A stretch of 64,000 bases of DNA from assembly GCA_964016885.1 (NCBI GenBank), contig OZ024765.1:5332001-5396000 (forward strand). The letters are read 5' to 3'. How positions within the stretch are numbered: the first letter of the stretch is position 1; every line of letters starts with the position of its first letter. Both the position numbers and the translations under genes were made by a program. The notes below the pieces were generated by a model, which did not search any database, was not told where the DNA came from, and worked only from the letters and a program-made list of their open reading frames with translations. This DNA is from Eledone cirrhosa (taxonomy: Eukaryota). Positions 59,083 through 64,000 of this stretch are shown here, piece by piece.

Positions 59083-59292
59083 TAATGAAAAATTGAACGG
59101 GAACAAAACAGAGAGGCAGTACAATAAATGTTTATTAATTTCACGCTCTTGAGAGTGGGGGGGTGGTGGAGAACGACGTTTCGGGCATAAGCCCTTCTTC
59201 AGGTGAAAAGTGTGTGGGAAGAGAGTTCAAAGGGTGTGTAGGGGAGTGGTGGAGAGACATATAGCAAAAAGGTGTTGAGAGGAAACGGTGCA
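59083..59292 (-). mobile_element. Family D PLE-like end with hammerhead core at 59173-59204
   Basis: CTGAAGA a-gggc-ttat-gccc GAAA cg TC with a weak stem I. The downstream ccccactctc..gagcgtgaa..taataaacattt..actgcctct also occurs at 34280-34372 and 56056-56140. Confidence 0.6.
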
Positions 59293-59376
59293 ATATATAT
59301 ATATATATATATATAGGAAAAAGTATGACCCCGACGGCAGAGCTCAAGCCGTTTCGACGGCTATTTCTGGTCTAAA

Positions 59377-59409
<33 letters not shown>

Positions 59410-59804
59410 CACACTTGGCTAATGCCTGACATGTCGAACTTTCCCCTTTCCAAAGCGTGAAACTAATTTAACGTTTTGTATCTCTGTCGTTTCCCCTGAA
59501 CGCCTGAGTTCAGTATCTTTCGTCGCTATGGTCACCGTGGCCCTTCTATCGGTCGCTGTCTTCAATTTGCAAAGCTGTCTAAACGTAATGTTATAACTCT
59601 AAGGTTATATACCCTATTGAGTGCAACCAGAGCTTCGATTATGCTGTACTAAATTTTGTATATATATATATACACACACAAACACATTTATATACATACA
59701 TGAGTGTGTATATGTGTGTATGTATTATTCGCCATGTTTTTCTATATATATATATATATATATATACGATATTAACAAATGGAAACTTTAAATAGAACTT
59801 TTGC

Positions 59805-59843
<39 letters not shown>

Positions 59844-60266
59844 TTTATATACATACATGTGTATGTATATGTGTGCATGTATTATTCGTCATGTTTTTCT
59901 ATTCATATATATATGCAGACTGTAAATGTGATTGGTGCGACATGTCTAACCCATGCAAGCATGGGAAAATGGACGTTAAACGGTGATGATGATGATTATT
60001 ATGTGTGTGTATGTATATATATAAAGGTCGTCTGCTCCATACAATGCCTGACCTCTTCTTACCCTTTATGTTTGTTCCTTCCTGTTATGAGTCCAGTCCT
60101 GAAAGCCTGTGAAACACCCGTCCACGTACAATGATTTCTCAGTTTGTTCTTGTCTCCATTTTGGATTTACTTATTCTGTATCTTGAGATGTCGCTTCAAT
60201 CCACCACTTGATTTGCAAATTTTCTATCACACACATACATACACACACACACATATATATATATAT

Positions 60267-60455
60267 AATTGTTTCTACGTTAGGCACAAGGCCAGCAAAT
60301 ACCCAGTGCATTACTGGTACTTTTATTTTGTCGACCCCGTAAGGATGAAAGGCAAAGTTAACCTCGGCGGGATTTGAACTCAGATCATAAAGGGACGTAA
60401 CTATGCTGGAAAGCATGGCGTCCCCCCTTCTACCGATACTGCCAATCCACCGCCC
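60267..60455 (-). mobile_element. SINE S1
   Basis: Reverse complement of 21140-21328. Confidence 0.9.
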
Positions 60456-60536
60456 TATATATATATATATATAATGATATATACATGTGTCTATATATAT
60501 ATATATATATACATACACGACATAATATATATATGA

Positions 60537-60573
<37 letters not shown>

Positions 60574-60619
60574 CACGACATAATATATAGATGTGTGACA
60601 CGACTTAATATATATATGA

Positions 60620-60656
<37 letters not shown>

Positions 60657-60713
60657 CACGACATAATATATAGATGTGTGACACGACTTAATATATATAT
60701 GAGTGTGTGTATG

Positions 60714-60744
<31 letters not shown>

Positions 60745-60789
60745 GGAATTGAACCTTCAAGACAGTTGAGGTATGTTATACATCAATTC

Positions 60790-61002
60790 ATGTATTTTAT
60801 CTGACGAGGACGTACTGAAAAAAACAGCACAGTACCTTCGAAATATGTATAATAAAACATATATTTTGATTATGTGAATGTCTTTATTTATTAATATTCT
60901 GAATAATATTAATAACTCCAGAAAACCTCACCGTTGAGTGCTTTTAATCTATTGTAAAACTATATTCATTGAGTAATCAATGAACCATACTAATCTTTGG
61001 TT
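60790..61002 (+). mobile_element. Family B-related element with hammerhead at 60793-60857
   Basis: ttttat CTGACGA ggacgtactg...cagtaccttc GAAA tatgta TA^ ataaaa, then ...cgttgagtgcttt...ctaatctttggt(TA)n. Confidence 0.8.
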
Positions 61003-61028
61003 ATATATATATATATATATATGTGTAT

Positions 61029-62863
61029 ATATACACACACATACACATAGCCTCGGCATTCGCGGAATTTCCCTTAGAACTTAACAAATGATTGTTCGCG
61101 AAAACCACCGCATATTCGCGGAATCGTAAATGACTTCTCCGATTTTTTTTATTCATGTTATTTCTTGTGGCAATCTATAGTTTCCACACTTTTAGCACTA
61201 AATTCTGAACACCATACTGTATTTGACTGGCTTTAGTGGACGCTATGTCTTCACGTCTTGAACACCATACTGTATTTGACTGGCTTTAGTGGACGTAATG
61301 TCTTCACGTCTTGAACACCATACTGTATTTGACTGGCTTTAGTGGACGTAATGTCTTCACGTCTTGAACACCATACTGTATTTGACTGGCTTTAGTGGAC
61401 GTAATGTCTTCACGTCTTGAACACCATACTGTATTTGACTGGGTTTAGTGGACGCTATGTCTTCACGTCTTGAACACCATACTGTATTTGACTGGCTTTA
61501 GTGGACGTAATGTCTTCACGTCTTGAACACCATACTGTATTTGACTGGGTTTAGTGGACGCTATGTCTTCACGTCTTGAACACCATACTGTATTTGACTG
61601 GGTTTAGTGGACGCTATGTCTTCACGTCTTGAACACCATACTGTATTTGACTGGGTTTAGTGGACGCTATGTCTTCACGTCTTGAACACCATACTGTATT
61701 TGACTGGGTTTAGTGGACGCTATGTCTTCACGTCTTGAACACCATACTGTATTTGACTGGGTTTAGTGGACGTTATGTCTTCACGTCTTGAACACCATAC
61801 TGTATTTGACTGGCTTTAGTGGACGTAATGTCTTCACGTCTTGAACACCATACTGTATTTGACTGGCTTTAGTGGACGTAATGTCTTCACGTCTTGAACA
61901 CCATACTGTATTTGACTGGCTTTAGTGGACGTAATGTCTTCACGTCTTGAACACCATACTGTATTTGACTGGCTTTAGTGGACGTAATGTCTTCACGTCT
62001 TGAACACCATACTGTATTTGACTGGCTTTAGTGGACGTAATGTCTTCACGTCTTGAACACCATACTGTATTTGACTGGGTTTAGTGGACGTAATGTCTTC
62101 ACGTCTTGAACACCATACTGTATTTGACTGGCTTTAGTGGACGTAATGTCTTCACGTCTTGAACACCATACTGTATTTGACTGGCTTTAGTGGACGTAAT
62201 GTCTTCACGTCTTGAACACCATACTGTATTTGACTGGCTTTAGTGGACGTAATGTCTTCACGTCTTGAACACCATACTGTATTTGACTGGCTTTAGTGGA
62301 CGTAATGTCTTCACGTCTTGAACACCATACTGTATTTGACTGGCTTTAGTGGACGTAATGTCTTCACGTCTTGAACACCATACTGTATTTGACTGGGTTT
62401 AGTGGACGTAATGTCTTCACGTCTTGAACACCATACTGTATTTGACTGGGTTTAGTGGACGCTATGTCTTCACGTCTTGAACACCATACTGTATTTGACT
62501 GGGTTTAGTGGACGCTATGTCTTCACGTCTTGAACACCATACTGTATTTGACTGGGTTTAGTGGACGCTATGTCTTCACGTCTTGAACACCATACTGTAT
62601 TTGACGGGGCTTAGTGGACGCTATGTCTTCACGTCTTGAACACCATACTGTATTTGACGGGGCTTAGTGGACGCTATGTCTTCACGTCTTGAACACCATA
62701 CTGTATTTGACGGGGCTTAGTGGACGCTATGTCTTCACGTCTTGAACACCATACTGTATTTGACGGGGCTTAGTGGACGCTATGTCTTCACGTCTTATGG
62801 ACCACGTGCAATATTTGCGGTTTTTCACCCTTTGTGAGTGGTCTAGGAACGTAGCCCCTGCGT
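61029..62863. mobile_element. Probable pogo/Tigger-like non-autonomous DNA transposon hosting a minisatellite
   Basis: Left end cctcggcattcgcgg...cgcgaaaaccaccgca and right end ttgcggtttttcacc...ggaacgtagcccctgcgta resemble Tigger-type subterminal motifs. The TIRs are degraded. Confidence 0.45.
61207..62796. repeat. 53-bp minisatellite, 30 copies
   Basis: Unit gaacaccatactgtatttgactggctttagtggacgtaatgtcttcacgtctt; 1590 bp / 53 = 30. Confidence 0.97.
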
Positions 62864-63158
62864 ATATATATATGTATGTATATGTATGTATGTATGTATA
62901 TATGTATGTATATATATGTATGTATGTATGTATATATGTATGTATATGTATGTATGTATGTATATATATGTATGTATGTATGTATATATGTATATGTATG
63001 TATGTATATGTATGTATGTATATATGTATATATATGTATGTATATGTATGTATGTATATGTATGTATGTATATGTATGTATGTATATATATGTATGTATG
63101 TATATGTATGTATGTATGTATATATATATGTATGTATGTATATGTATGTATGTATATG

Positions 63159-63204
<46 letters not shown>

Positions 63205-63208
63205 TATG

Positions 63209-63240
<32 letters not shown>

Positions 63241-63262
63241 TATGTATGTATGTATATATATG

Positions 63263-63306
<44 letters not shown>

Positions 63307-63654
63307 ATGTATATATATATATATATATGTATGTATATATAACGTATATATATGTATGTATATATAATGTATATATATATGTATGTATATATAATGTATA
63401 TATATATGTATATATAATGTATATATATATGTATGTATATATAATGTATATATATATATATATATATAATGTATATATATATATATAATGTATATATAAT
63501 GTATATATATATATATATTTATATATATATGTGTATATATAATGTATCTATCTATATATATATATATATATGTGTATATATATAATGTATCTATATATAT
63601 ATATATATATATATATGTGTATATATATAATGTATCTATATATATATATATCTA

Positions 63655-63701
<47 letters not shown>

Positions 63702-63753
63702 ATATATATAATTTTCTATATATATATATAATGTATATATATACATATATATA

Positions 63754-64000
63754 TGCAGAGGTTATATTTAATTTGTTGGGATTCAACAAGCTTAAACATT
63801 TTTATAACTGATATAAAGCACTCAACAAGTTAGTGGAGTAAATACACTATCCAGGAAGCTCCAACCGCTAAGGTTGTCTTTTTTCCGGGTATATCAATAT
63901 TTATTTATAAAACAAATCTGTATTTTATCTGATGAAAGCGCACCATAATTTGCCTTGGTTGCCTTGAAATATGTATAATAAAATAAATATGGTTTTATAA
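63754..64000. mobile_element. Family B element with hammerhead at 63921-63985 (+), running off the window
   Basis: tattttat CTGATGA aagcgcacca...tggttgcctt GAAA tatgta TA^ ataaaata. Confidence 0.85.

Noticed and set aside
61207-62796. CRISPR-like regular array (also 8147-8590, 17762-18074, 50931-52302)
   Set aside because: Units are contiguous with no unique spacers, there are no cas genes, and the context is eukaryotic.

Overview
Animal (metazoan) genomic DNA that is extremely rich in microsatellites. The SINE types and repeat landscape suggest an octopus or other coleoid cephalopod, which is an inference. The only clear host coding sequence is one minus-strand exon encoding the C-terminal third of a Runt domain (Runx, 12556/12565-12669), with weaker candidate downstream exons at 2346-2468 and 602-720. 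I did not find the upstream Runt exons, so most of the window is probably Runx intron. Nearly all ORFs in the supplied track are microsatellite artefacts. Mobile DNA includes tRNA-derived SINEs, 3' fragments of four LINE groups (Tx1-like, RTE-like, CR1/L2-like, R4/Dong-like), a Helitron, hAT/mariner/pogo-type MITEs and several minisatellites. The main hidden signal is about 23 intact-looking type I (mostly minimal) hammerhead ribozyme motifs, read by eye on both strands, plus degenerate ones. They are carried by several families of short non-coding elements that sit in (TA)n tracts, share a TTGAGTRC motif near their 3' end and are usually arranged as fold-back palindromes, including a 1.37-kb composite palindrome. 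They look like Penelope-like-element (PLE) or retrozyme derivatives.
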